Below are positions 1-11,935 of a stretch of DNA of 64,000 nucleotides, one piece after another. Numbering within the stretch: the stretch's first letter is position 1; every line of letters begins with the position of its first letter. The stretch covers positions 46,626,001 through 46,690,000 of the forward strand of contig NC_058368.1 of NCBI RefSeq assembly GCF_018350175.1, written 5' to 3'. A program made the position numbers and the translations under genes. The notes beneath the pieces were generated by a model. The model searched no databases, was not told the DNA's origin, and saw only the letters and a list, made by a program, of their open reading frames with translations. The stretch is from Felis catus. Taxonomy: Eukaryota.

Positions 1-92
1 CTGAGCACGGAGCCATCTGAAGATTCTCTCTCTCTCTCTCTCCCTCTACCCCTCTCTCCTACTTAGGCTCTTTCTCTCTAAAATAAAAAATA
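1..92 (+). mobile_element. 3' part of an older carnivore SINE (CT tract + A tail), cut by window edge
   Basis: GGAGCC...AAGATTCTCTCTCTC...CTCTAAAATAAAAAAT is the typical CanSINE 3' half. Confidence 0.7.
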
Positions 93-315
93 GGGGCACC
101 TGGGTGGCTCAATCGGTTAAGTGGCCGACTTCGGCTCAGGTCATGATCTCACAGTTCGTGAGTTTGAGCCCCGCGTCGGGCTCTGTGCTGACAGCTCAGA
201 GCCTGGAGCCTGTTTGGAATTCTGAGTCTCCCTCTCTCTGACCCTCCCCCGTTCATGCTCTGTCTCTCTCTGTCTCAAAAATAAATAAACGTTAAGAAAA
301 ATTAAAAAAAATAAA
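93..315 (+). mobile_element. SINEC_Fc-type SINE inserted in the A-tail of the preceding SINE
   Basis: GGGGCACCTGGGTGGCTCA...GGCTCAGGTCATGATCTC...CT tract, AAAAATAAATAAACGTT tail. The host A-rich tail continues to ~363. Confidence 0.9.
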
Positions 316-1661
316 GCAAACTAAAATAAAATAATAAAATAACTGAATAAATAAATAAATAAATGTCATTCTAGGCATTTGCACATTTGTGTCTTATTTT
401 GTTTTAATTTCAGAAGCCTTAATTAAATTCACTAATATACATGTATCCTTTGCTCATACTACAAAATTAGAATAAAGAAGAGTGAAAGATGCGAAATGAA
501 CGAAAGGAACAGAAAGGGATAAAGTGAAAAAAGAGCAAGCCAATAAAATATGTAAAAAGAACACAGTAAAGTTCTAAAGGCCATACCAATATCTGAGCAG
601 ATAAATTTGATTCTAATTTTCATCATGTTCATGTCTTTATGCTTGGATTTCGAGAGAGGTGTGATTTATAGACTTGAAGGAAGAGTTTATCACTTTTCTT
701 TCTGTCTTAAAAAAGATAAAGAGCATGTGTAAAATTAAGGGAGGACACGCCAAAAAAATCTTAGCCTATATCTAGAGTATGAAGGCACAGTTGCTCTGTT
801 GGCCCAAGGAAATATTTTACGGTGTGTTTTGAAAGCCTACAAGGGCAATATTCATAAGGAGAGCCTTCATTTTCCAGAGAGCCATGATGTTTTCTGAAAC
901 CTAAAATGTGTGGATGTTATGAAGTCACAAGATTTTAACCAGAAAAAGTTTGTAAACGTTAAACCTTTTTGTTTACTTCTTTATTGTCTTCCAAATCTGC
1001 CTTGTACATACTTCTCTATTTTCCTCACAGGTTGCTAACAGCAGTAATGTAATATTTTAGTATTTATCTGTATGGTGCGGCAACTCAAAATAGAACATTA
1101 AAAACATAATTCTATCTGTTTTCTAACGAGGAAGCAATTTCTTCTTGAATTTTATCTCTAGAAACACCCAAAAGTTTAAGTCGTTGGTCAGTGACAGGAT
1201 ATGCCCATTTTTCTCAATCCACTGGAAGGATACTTGAATGGAAGTATTTGTCACCATGAATAAGCCGTGAGATGTTGGTGAACGTTAAATTTAGTTACAG
1301 CTGCCAGCCTGGAGTCTGCTCTGGACGGTGGTTGTCGCACGTAAGCAAACACATCTGTTTGTGACATTGGAGACAACCAAGTATTATTAGTGAGCGGGAC
1401 TGGACTCTCTAGTAATGGGAAAACCTTTCTATTGTTTTCTAAGGTCACTGTACAACTGCCACCAGGAAGCTGGACACCATGGTCTTTCTACTGACTAACT
1501 AACTGTAAGTGCTAATTCTTGACTTCTCTTTCCCAAGTACGACTCGGAATACAGGGGAAAAGGAAAATGGTACAGGACAGTTAATGAATTCCTACTAAAC
1601 CTCTATGCAGTTTATGAATTCTAGGACATTTAACTTTCATTTTCAGTCTCCTTTCCTTAAA

Positions 1662-1871
1662 AATTATTTTTAAGTTTATTTATTTTTGAGACAGAGAGAG
1701 ACAGAGCATGAACGGGGGAGGGTCAGAGAGAGGGAGACACAGAATCTGAAACAGGCTCCAGGCTCTGAGCTGTCAGCACAGCGCCTGACGTGGGGCTCGA
1801 ACTCACTAACCGCGAGATCATGACCTGAGCCGAAGTCGGCCACTTAACCGATTGAGCCACCCAGGCGCCCC
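1662..1871 (-). mobile_element. SINEC_Fc-type SINE with TSD
   Basis: Reverse SINE ending GAGCCACCCAGGCGCCCC. Flanked by CAGTCTCC(T/C)TTCCTTAAA at 1644-1661 and 1872-1889. Confidence 0.93.
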
Positions 1872-2014
1872 CAGTCTCCCTTCCTTAAATCCTCATCTTG
1901 CTGGGTAGGTGTTAGGCTCCCTTACAAGTGACAAAACTGAAGCTCAAATGGGTTTTTGTACCTCTCCTTAGGGTAGGAGTGCAGTGTAGGATAAGAGACC
2001 AACTCCGTTTAATA

Positions 2015-2155
2015 CTTACTAATTAGTATTGGGTGATTTATTTAACTTCTCTGTAACTCAGTGCCCTCCCTGGAAAATGGAAATAGGGCTGTTGTGGGGA
2101 TTACATGAAATAAGGAATGTACTAGGTTAGCGTCTGGAGTAAGTGCACAAAAAAT
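2015..2155 (+). mobile_element. MIR fragment
   Basis: TTTAACTTCTCTGTAACTCAG...AAAATGGAAAT...GTTGTGGGGATTACATGAAATAA resembles the MIR core. Confidence 0.55.
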
Positions 2156-5100
2156 AGGATTAACAACAGAAGAGGAATAACCATCCCGTGGTGCAAAGGC
2201 AGATTTTGTAGAAGACGCTGACAGCGGAGTCAAGTGAGAAATGGAGGAAGAGCATGAATTCCAAGGAGACTTGGAAATAGGATGATAAAGAATTATAAGG
2301 AATTGTTAGTGGAGAAAGACCAAAAAAAAAAAAAAATACAGGAGATACTTTAAATATACTCATCTATTATTCAAAGTCAAATTTTTAAGTATTTCTCTCA
2401 GAATTTACTCAGCAAAGTTGATAATGGGCTGAAAAATGATTTCCCAGTCAAAAACTATCTATCTGTTCTGACTTGTTGAAGACTTGTGGGTGTCCTGTTA
2501 GAACACTGGCTAACAAGATGAATGTTGAAGTGGGGACATAACCCTTTAAAGGGATTCTTAATTTCCAATAACATTTCACAGCTTGTGGACTAGAAGTACC
2601 TCTACCATTCCAATATCAAAACTACTACACTATGAAAATTGTGTATGGCTCCTTATTTACTGTCCTACATTACCTGAAAGTGATTTGAAGTACAGCCATG
2701 ATGCTTCTGGGACTCTATTCGATTTTGAAAAACAACAGCACTCTAAATTCTGAATCTGCGACACTACAATGAAATTTACATTTCTTCAAGAAACTTTTAT
2801 TTATTAGGCACAAACAAGTGAAGATAAAATTCAGTTTGAATATACTATATACCAAGACCCGACTGCAGTGCCCTTGGATGAGACAGCATAATGAACCAAA
2901 GAAAAAGTGCATGGACCATGCATTGTGTTAGGATTTCATAGAAAGATACATGTATTGTGAAGGCTACGGGCAACTTTGCGCCTTGCTTAAACCTGGTACC
3001 ATTTATTGCTTAAAAACATTTAAATGAGCATACTATTTGCGCAAAAGTACCACTGTTGCCCTAGGGAAGCCATAAATGCAAAGGCTCAAACTCCTTAGCA
3101 GAAAAAGGACAGAACGAGATCTTTAAGGTCAGGAGTCTCTAGAGGAAGTGAAAAATGGCACTGCTTCCTTTCAGGGGATCCTTGTCTTTTCACAGAAGCT
3201 TCCCTCACCTGAATCCTGGCACTAAAAGTTACAAAGGAGGAAGTAAAGGTTTGAGACTCCCAAGAGCATGAACAAATAGAATTTAAAAGTGCATGATTCT
3301 GGTGGTGTGTTTAAAATTACCATCTTAAAGCAGAACTACTGAGGTTTTCCATGAATTTACTTCTTTCACATAATATTGTTAGTTTCATATGACATAAGGT
3401 GTGACTAAGTAGTTCAAAACATCCTGGACCGGCAACCCAGGCAGGGATAAAATGGTGGCAAAGCAAAGGCACCATCATCAGTCTACTGATGAACTCAATT
3501 CTGAATTCACGCAAATCGTTAAAAACCTCAAGGCCCATGCCACTTTTTCAACACACAGTTGATGTAATTCAGCAAACAACCACTAAAAACACAGGAGTCA
3601 TTGCTAAAACTTATATGTAAACACTACACCTTCTCTCTTGAATTAGTGTTAGATGATATACCTCTGTCTTGATTTATTTAATATATTAACGCGCAAGACT
3701 TTGATGAAACACTAAATATTAACAGAATTTTTCTGTTATTCTGTTATATTATATTCTGTTATATATTTCTGTATATTTAGTGCTACCGCAGTTAACTCCT
3801 TACCTTAACTGTAGATATCCTAGAACAAGAGTTCCATCACTTTACACACATAATAATTATCTGGTAAAAAAACATTATTTCCCACACTTGATTAAAGTGA
3901 ATAAACAAAAATGAGCACAGTGACACACATACCCTACCTACCAAAGGAACTTGCACATCACAGAAATGTGCCAATCTGATAAACAACAAGTTCTTCATAT
4001 GGAGTAGAGGATGCCAAAATATCAAAGTACCTTTTCTGCTGCGGGAAAAAAAAAAAAATTAAAGATCTAAGGATCAAAAAGAATAGCAAACTATCTGGAC
4101 GGAAGAAGGCATACAGGTGGGTAATTGAGATGGGATGATGAGGCTTATTTCAAAAAACATATGAAGGAAAACAGACCCAACCCCAAACTTTCCATGGCTA
4201 CTTTCCAGTTTAAAAACCAGGAAGCGATTGGTACAAACTCTGCCGAGAGTAGGCTTTTGTACTACACAACTAAGGTTTAAATCCCAACTCTATGCCCAGA
4301 TGAATAGATTTTGAGCTTCTAAAAATAGCCTATTTGTAACTACTAGAAATGATAACCTTTGAGTAATAGGTGTGGCTTACTCTAATAATAGTACTCAGTG
4401 GAACTATAAAACAGGCACAGAGGGTGAATTAGAATCTGTCAGGAAAGGACTGGAATTACAATAGATGATAGCCCAATTATTCTTATATATTTCTTACTCC
4501 CCACCAATAACCATTGATCTGAAGGCATGAATTAGTTTAATAAATTAATACTGTAATTGTTCTCAATTTTATCTTATCGGTAAAATTTGACCGTACTGTA
4601 TGGTTTGTTTTGTGGTAAGGTTCCCTTTGATGATAATGAACTCAACATTTAAAAAATACATCGTAACAAGATTGAAGAAATAAAAAAGGAGTAAGAGAAT
4701 ATACTGTTTTACTTGGAAGGGCATACAATAGGCTTCTATCTCTTAGTTAAAGAGATGATGAAAATTAATCCACAATGTTAATGGATATAAAACTTAATGT
4801 CACTTCTGCATTTCTCATGAAGAAACTGGCTTGCTCTACACCGTCAGTGTAACAATGATTCTAAAAATCTCAGAACTATAAACAATATTAAAGTTTTCCC
4901 ATAAAATTACTAAATTGCTACAGACACAGAGCACACACATACATCTTGAATATTTTCAAGAAATGAGTATTATGACTATTTTTTCCAAACAATTTATAAT
5001 TGTCAACCTATAGTCTATATTAGAGTCACAGGTTAACTGTTATTTGAATAGAAAAACATAGCATAGAAAATAAAGTTCTAAAATTAAATTGCCTCACTTC

Positions 5101-5395
5101 AATTCCCTTCGATTGCTATGTACTAGCTGTGTAATTGTGAGCAAGTTAACTAACTGCTCTGATCCTCAGTGCCCTTAACATTCTTTAAAGTCAGATTGAA
5201 CCTGCCTCTCATGGCTACTATATGGAGTGAAAGAAAAAGAGATATCCTACCGAACACATTTCTAACATATAATAATCACAAATAATAGTAGCGATAAGTC
5301 TTATCATCGGTAGTGTTTTAAACAGCAGACGTATATACTCTTACATTTGGTCTGGTCATTCAATTCGAATTTCAGGTGCTTAAAAAAAACTTTTT

Positions 5396-5610
5396 GGGGG
5401 GGCGCCTGGGTGGCTCAGTCGGTTAGGCATCCAACTCCGCTCAGGTCATGATCTCGCGGTCCGTGAGTTCAAGCCCCGCATCAGGCTCTGTGCTGACAGC
5501 TCAGAGCCTGGAGCCTGTTTCGGATTCTGTGTCTGCCTCTCTGTCTGACCCTCCCCCGTTCATGCTGTCTCTCCCTGTCTCAAAAATAAATAAATGTCAA
5601 AAAAAAATTT
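5396..5610 (+). mobile_element. SINEC_Fc-type SINE nested in the T-tail of the adjacent reverse SINE
   Basis: Full SINE body. TSD AAAAAAAACTTTTT at 5382-5395 and 5611-5624. Confidence 0.92.
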
Positions 5611-5624
5611 AAAAAAAACTTTTT

Positions 5625-5641
5625 TTTTAATGTTATTTATT

Positions 5642-5676
<35 letters not shown>

Positions 5677-5837
5677 AGGGGAGGGGCAGAGAGACAGAGG
5701 GAGACACAGGATCTTAAGCAGGCTCCAGGATCTGAGCTGTCAGCACAGAGCCCAATGCAGGGCTCGAACTCTAACTGAGAAATCATGACCTGAGCCAAAG
5801 TTGGGCACTTAACCAACTGAGCCACCCAGGTGCCCCC
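5625..5837 (-). mobile_element. Carnivore SINE (host of the nested copy)
   Basis: Reverse SINE ending GCCACCCAGGTGCCCC. TSD GAATTTCAG(G/C)TGC at 5367-5379 and 5840-5852 brackets both SINEs. Confidence 0.9.
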
Positions 5838-7399
5838 ATGAATTTCAGCTGCATTAAAAATTATGTACGTGGGGACCTTTCATAATTAATACAATGGTTA
5901 AACATTAATTAATAATAACTGACATGAAGACAAAATCTCAACCTTACAAACCTATGGGTGTAACATATACAAGGTTTAAATATGTGTGCTTTAAGTACTA
6001 CAAGAACATGGGATACATTCAGGAAGCAAAGACATCTTATATTCTACTTAAGAACTAATATTCTACATGTTTATTTTGGGTTTTTTTTCCTACATCAAAG
6101 TCTCAAACATTTCTATTCATGCTTTAATTTCTTGATCATAATAAAAAATGCTCTAAAACTAAGAATCTCGTAAGAATATTTTAATATAATTCAGTAATAT
6201 GCAAACAACATTTCTTTTAAAAAGTCAATTGTACTTATAATAAGAGTGCCTACTATATGCCAGAAAATACTTGAAAGTTTTAACAATAGGTGCAACATAA
6301 TCCTCTACAATAATCCCAGGGAGGTAATTATTATTCACCAGAAATTAAATTTACTCAAGTTTCTAAGTTAGTTAAGAAGTTCAAGAAATAGCCAACTATG
6401 CTCTTTCAGCAAAACCTCTATAGATACATTTAAAACTGTTAACAATTGATCACAAATATTTCAAAACTTTAGATACATAAAGGAAAAATGCAGCAAAAGA
6501 AATCCACCTGGGTTTCTCCTCCTCTCGTGAATTTTAGACATGAAATGCTTTTGTAGACAAATGCCAAGGAGAAAATCAATCAGATCCAATTTCAACAACC
6601 TACTAAATTTCACAATATAACAAGGGAGAAACAATGTGTGTTACATAATTTACAAAAATGTCAAGACATTGTCATAAATCTACAAACAAAAGCAGAACAA
6701 TGGTATTCTGAAATAGGGAACATTATATTATATTGATGAGTTCACAAAATACTTGGCAGACACCAAATTTTATTGTAAGATGCTTGAATGCCTATCCCAA
6801 ATTTATTTTCAAAATAGGAGACTACAGAAAATAATCATTTGGGGGATTTGGGGATGTTTGGTAGAGAATAATTATAGATTATGTATTTAGTTTAAGAAAA
6901 TCCTAGAGACATAACTATAATAGAATGCTCTAGCCAATTTAAAAAGAAATCAAAGTTTCGACAGCACCTGCTTTAGCATAAAGAAAAAGAAAATAACTGA
7001 TTTAAACTCCTCTGGAATCTCTACTTTCTTAGAGAATTGCATGGCAGTTACCATACATGTTGAATGACATTCTCTGCGAAATTAAGTAAGTTATCCTTTC
7101 ATATGCTCTGGCTATATTTTGTCTTTTTTTGCTTTTCAAAGATTTAACCATGTTAACCATTACTAAAAATATTTTTGAAAGTCACTGCCAATAAAATTTT
7201 AGTAATATTATATTTCTAAAAAGACACTGTAATTTTTCAAAATTCCCAAATTCTTTGTCCTAGTTGTTATAATTTCACTGTTATTTCCTTAAAAAGAGGT
7301 GAAAAGTGTGATAGCAAGGACCAAAGTAGAATTTTCTTTATGCTTTTATAAGCTGTTCTGGTAAAAGGAGTTTAAAAATACAATTGGGTAAGAACATTT

Positions 7400-7487
7400 A
7401 AGGTCTAGTATCTTAGCAACTTTGAAGTATATAATTGTACACTTTAAAGTTGTGGAATGTTATATGTAGATTATATCTCAATAAAGA
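7400..7487. mobile_element. Short old L1 3'-end fragment, apparently 5'-inverted
   Basis: AATGTTATATGTAGATTATATCTCAATAAAG resembles an L1M 3' terminus on +. The preceding TCTTAGCAACTTTGAAGTATATAA resembles the reverse complement of an upstream L1 3'UTR segment. Confidence 0.5.
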
Positions 7488-7559
7488 AGTAATTGAGAAT
7501 TTTAAAGAGATAACAACTCTTCAAAAGTACCTTACCATTTCTGAAATGCTTTCAAATAA

Positions 7560-7740
7560 CTATTATCACATTCCTATTCTCGCAACCTTCTTTCAAAATA
7601 AATAGAAAAGTTATCTTCATTATCCCTATTTTACATTTGACAATATGGAGGTTCCAGTTGACTAACCCAACATCTCCCAGCTAGTAATTGATATCATCGG
7701 AACTTGAAATCAAGTTTCTTGATTGTTCTCATGACTCCAA
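7560..7740 (-). mobile_element. MIR fragment
   Basis: ATTATCCCTATTTTACA...ACTAACCCAACATCTCCCAGCTAGTAA...GGAACTTGAAATCAAG is a MIR-like motif series. Confidence 0.6.
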
Positions 7741-8703
7741 GTTGTCTATAGATGAGTAAATCTCAAATAATCTACAGCTATTGTGGTAATGAAATACTTC
7801 TCTTGGATCCTCATGACAATATCTTTTGGAAATAACATAATAATATTTTTGTCGGAAGCAATCCCCTCAAATTATGCGTATTAACAAAGACTTCACACCC
7901 GAATTTTCATGTATGTCTTGAGAACTGAATTTTCTTGCTAACCTAGCTAACAAAAGTGAACTAGAGAAGACAAAAATATATCTGTCAGTTGACTTGACAC
8001 AGTCACAACTGTTTTACTCATCTTGGCCATGCCTCGGAGATCTGAAAACATCCATTTCAACATTTGACAGCATATTAACAGTCTCAATATTGTGGACTCC
8101 TGTTCAGTTTGCTATAGGCAAGAGATCGTGCCGTTACACAAGCCAGTAGATCGATTGGTCTTTGGTAGAATCTTAGTTTAAGACTCTTTAAGGCACTGAT
8201 TTATGCACAATTGATCTGATCAGCCATGCAGTCAATGTGATTTATTAGCTAAGATGGCCAAAACCCTTTTTTCTCCTTTTTCATGCAGTAGTAATTCACC
8301 TCATTAGAGGTGGAATCATTATAGGAAGCTACTGAGAAATAAGAAGTTGAACCTGCTGGCCTGACTCTTTATTTCCCCCCAATCTCTGGATCTACCCACC
8401 AGTAACAGCTAAGACCAGAGCTGCTGTGTGCACATGCAGAAGCCAGTGAGCTCGCACCATGGCTGGAAATGGATAGATCGATTAACAGGGATTCTAACAC
8501 TCCTCCGCTCTGAGACGTTTGCAGACAGCAAACTTGTTCATTTAGCTTCATGAGAAACTCATTCATTTCATTTCTCGCACACATTGTTTTCTTTATTTAG
8601 CCACAGTAAGACAAATGACTTGTATTACCTTGTAATTATGGTGTTTAAACACAAGACCAACAATGTGTACAACAAGGGATGGCAACCTGTGGTGTACACG
8701 TGG

Positions 8704-8717
8704 ACACATGCATGCGT

Positions 8718-8767
<50 letters not shown>
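8704..8767. repeat. (CA)n microsatellite within a 64-bp alternating purine-pyrimidine run
   Basis: ACACATGCATGCGTG followed by ~24 CA units. Confidence 0.95.
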
Positions 8768-11439
8768 TTATATTCCCAATGTTACACAAGACCTAATTCT
8801 GAATAGCCCAGAAAGGTTCACCAATGGGTAAAATACACATGTAAATTTGCCAACCAGTTATATTTTCTATAATATTTGGGGGAGGGGATATCCATAGCTT
8901 ATATATGGTATAAACATTCCTTTCCTCTCTTTAAGGTCTATCCCCCACCCAGGTCCTTTATCTGAAGTCTCTACTGACCTTAAACTTATTAACAAATAGT
9001 TAAGGGAGGAGGTATAGGAGGGTTAGGTAGGGCCATTCCATGAAACAGTTCCACTTTAGAACAGAGTATTTACTCGACACCTCCTCTTCCTTCCATTCAT
9101 TCTGCTGCTAAGAGTGCAAAGCCAGGAATCTTAACTCAAGTAGCCTCAGTCATGCATTTGCCTTTGACTTAATAGAGATTCTGCACATCACAGTGATTTC
9201 GTAGGATAATAGCTGCCCCCTATACCTCATCTTTTTCTAAAAGAATAAGCATTCTGCCACTTCCCTGCCTGCCCCCCACCCACACTATAGATGGAATAAA
9301 TGAATATGCAATACTCTACAACTAAAGATTTGACAGCCACCCATTAGAATGATTATGCAGTACAAAAATGTTGAGGGGTAGTACATTATTTCACTACATA
9401 TGTGCTATATAAATTGTGAATTGCTTTTATGAAGAAATCCAGATTTACTTAAGCCCAGTTATGTAATTTCTGTACAAAAGTCTACTATGAGCTCTATCTT
9501 TGATTCACTTTGACAGATGACTCTTTTAGAATATGCTGAATGAATGTACAATGTTTAAGCTGTACATTGTTTCAATAAGACAAGCCTTAAAATAAAACAA
9601 AGAACAAAATAATTTGCAAAATATATGAATGCTTTTATAACTCTCCCAGGAGGGAGAACACCACCTGTCCTTATTACTAAATCAGCAACGTTAAAATGCC
9701 AACACATTTAGTTATTGAACTAGTTCAAAAGAAATATGGGGTGTGTGTGTATGTGTGTATTTGTGGTGTGATGTGTGTGTCTGCATATTTGTAATCACAT
9801 ATTCAAAACCAGAAACCTTTACTGAAAAGATCTCAGGTGAAAATTTTGCTGTATAAGAACCATCTCAGTCAGGGAAAATATAATCTGGGATCTGGAACTC
9901 TTATTCTCATTGGTTCTTTTCTATTAACCATCAAAACTTTCCCTTTCATCTTCCCTATTAATAGAGATAAGTTGAAAGCAAGTGGCTTCTCTTGATTTAG
10001 AAAACTGTTTCAAAACTTTGGCTGGATTAGTATTTGTTAATTATCTATATTTATTAAGAGGGTTACAACTCCGGGTTTATCATACATTTAAAAATTTACA
10101 TTACAAATTACATTATATTTTTATATTAGAATTCGTAAAATTCAATTTATTTAGATATAAGTCCAATTCTCCAAATAAAACCTTGCTTATGTTATCAATG
10201 GCTTAACATAAATTTTCTTTTCCTTTAGATAATTGTATTTTCTCAGCACCAGTTTTATAAATAGAGTAAGACACTCAAGGGAAAATACTGAGCTGGTACA
10301 GAATGGCTTTCTGGTTGCTGAAATCATTCACTCTTTGGAGTTGTGAACCACAAAGCACCCACAGCTCAACAAATCCCAACACAGCACATGCCATGTCACG
10401 TCTTACTGCTGTAACATAGTCCTCACATTCTACCCTCCCAATATAGCTAAACAGCTCCATATTGATGAGGATAGCAACAACTGACATCACAGTCTATGGA
10501 CTACAGTCCTGCCATTAAGCATATGCTATTACTATTTAAAGAATTCAAATTTATCTTAACTCGGGAGCGCTTGGGATGAATATTCTAGTTAGAGACCCAA
10601 AATGTTCTTATGATATTGTCTCATGTAATTTTGTTCCAAAGTAGATATGTGATCTAGTAAAATTCTCCATGGGTTCTGCATTGGTTTAAACAGCGAGTGT
10701 ACAATCTCTGCCTAGTTAAGCTACACATTTACATGGTGAGAGTGCCAATGAGTATGTTTCATCAGACATTCCTGGAAGCTGTCTGGCCAATAGGAGTGGT
10801 TTGAAACGGTTCCCTAATCACTGTTGAAATCACTGATAGTACTGTCTGTCCACACTATGACAGACAAAAGCTGAAATGTATTAAACATAGCAATCCATCA
10901 TCTTGCAGATGGAAAGCAGGAGCCAGGCCAGTTCAGAGGCAGTGACTACCCGCTGCCTAACAAAGGCCGGAGCCCTGACAGTTCAGTCCCTTCCTAGCTC
11001 CTCACTACCACCCCTCCATCTAAGATGAATGAATGTAATCAATGAGGGAGAAAGCCTGCTGAGGACCTCAAATTCAAACATTGTTACATTTAAAGTGCTG
11101 CTTTTTGTTCCCCCTAATCAGAACTGTTGCTTCAACAATTTTCTCCAAATATTAAAAGATGGGTATTTACGTAAACAAATGAATGAATAAATGAATGGAC
11201 TGTGTTTTCAAGAAAGCATATCCTTGGAAAATACTGCATTGATATACCATTAAGTTTGGAGAGCTAGCTTTGAAACAAAGTTCTGATACCAACTCAGAGG
11301 AAGTTAAAAAAAATCACTAAATTAAGGGCAAGTTTACATTGTGTGAAGCAACTTAATAGTGATGTTCTCTTTGAATGGCCAGGGGATTATTATTTTTAAA
11401 TAAGCACCAAATAGAAATGAAATGCTATTTGCTAAAGTT

Positions 11440-11935
11440 CAATTCATTTTGCATACTTGTTTCTAATAGGACATATGAGTCACAAAATAGCCAAAGGGAC
11501 AGAAAGAACCCTCAACTGCTAACAGCACATTAACAAAGTATAGAAACGAAAGGCACTTTTCTTTGGATTTCAGCCTTGTCATTTCCAATTTTCTGCTCCT
11601 TGGACATGCTTGTATTCAAATTCTGGAACATCTATTCAGCATATCAATCCTAATTAGACAATCTGGGTCTGGAAAGGATGAGAGCTGGGTCATTTGCATA
11701 ATTTAATCATAAATACTCAGTGATACATATTTCCAAATGCATTTGTACAATTATCTTTTCATCCTTGGGGCAATGGTATTAATATGATTAGGCAATATTT
11801 CTGGAAAAAACAGACAAGTATGCACTCTTTTTAACTGCAGCTTAGGGCGATATGAAAAATTAATTAATTTCTGAAGAAAATCAATTTCTCTACGTGACCA
11901 CATTAGACATTGCTAAACCAAGACTCAGAAACCTC
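11440..11935. promoter_or_regulatory. Candidate deeply conserved intronic enhancer of DACH1
   Basis: Repeat-free block with ATCAATC-CTAATTAG (11643-11657), octamer ATTTGCAT (11692-11699) followed by TAATCATAAA, and further TAAT clusters. DACH1 introns are known to contain fish-conserved enhancers; identity with a catalogued element was not verified. Confidence 0.6.

Noticed and set aside
93..180. tRNA-like A/B boxes at SINE 5' ends (also at other SINEs)
   Set aside because: These are the tRNA-derived heads of carnivore SINEs, not tRNA genes; there is no complete cloverleaf.
3728..3778. Degenerate TTCTGTTAT(A) tandem repeat
   Set aside because: Short low-complexity slippage product with no unique spacers; not CRISPR-like or otherwise informative.
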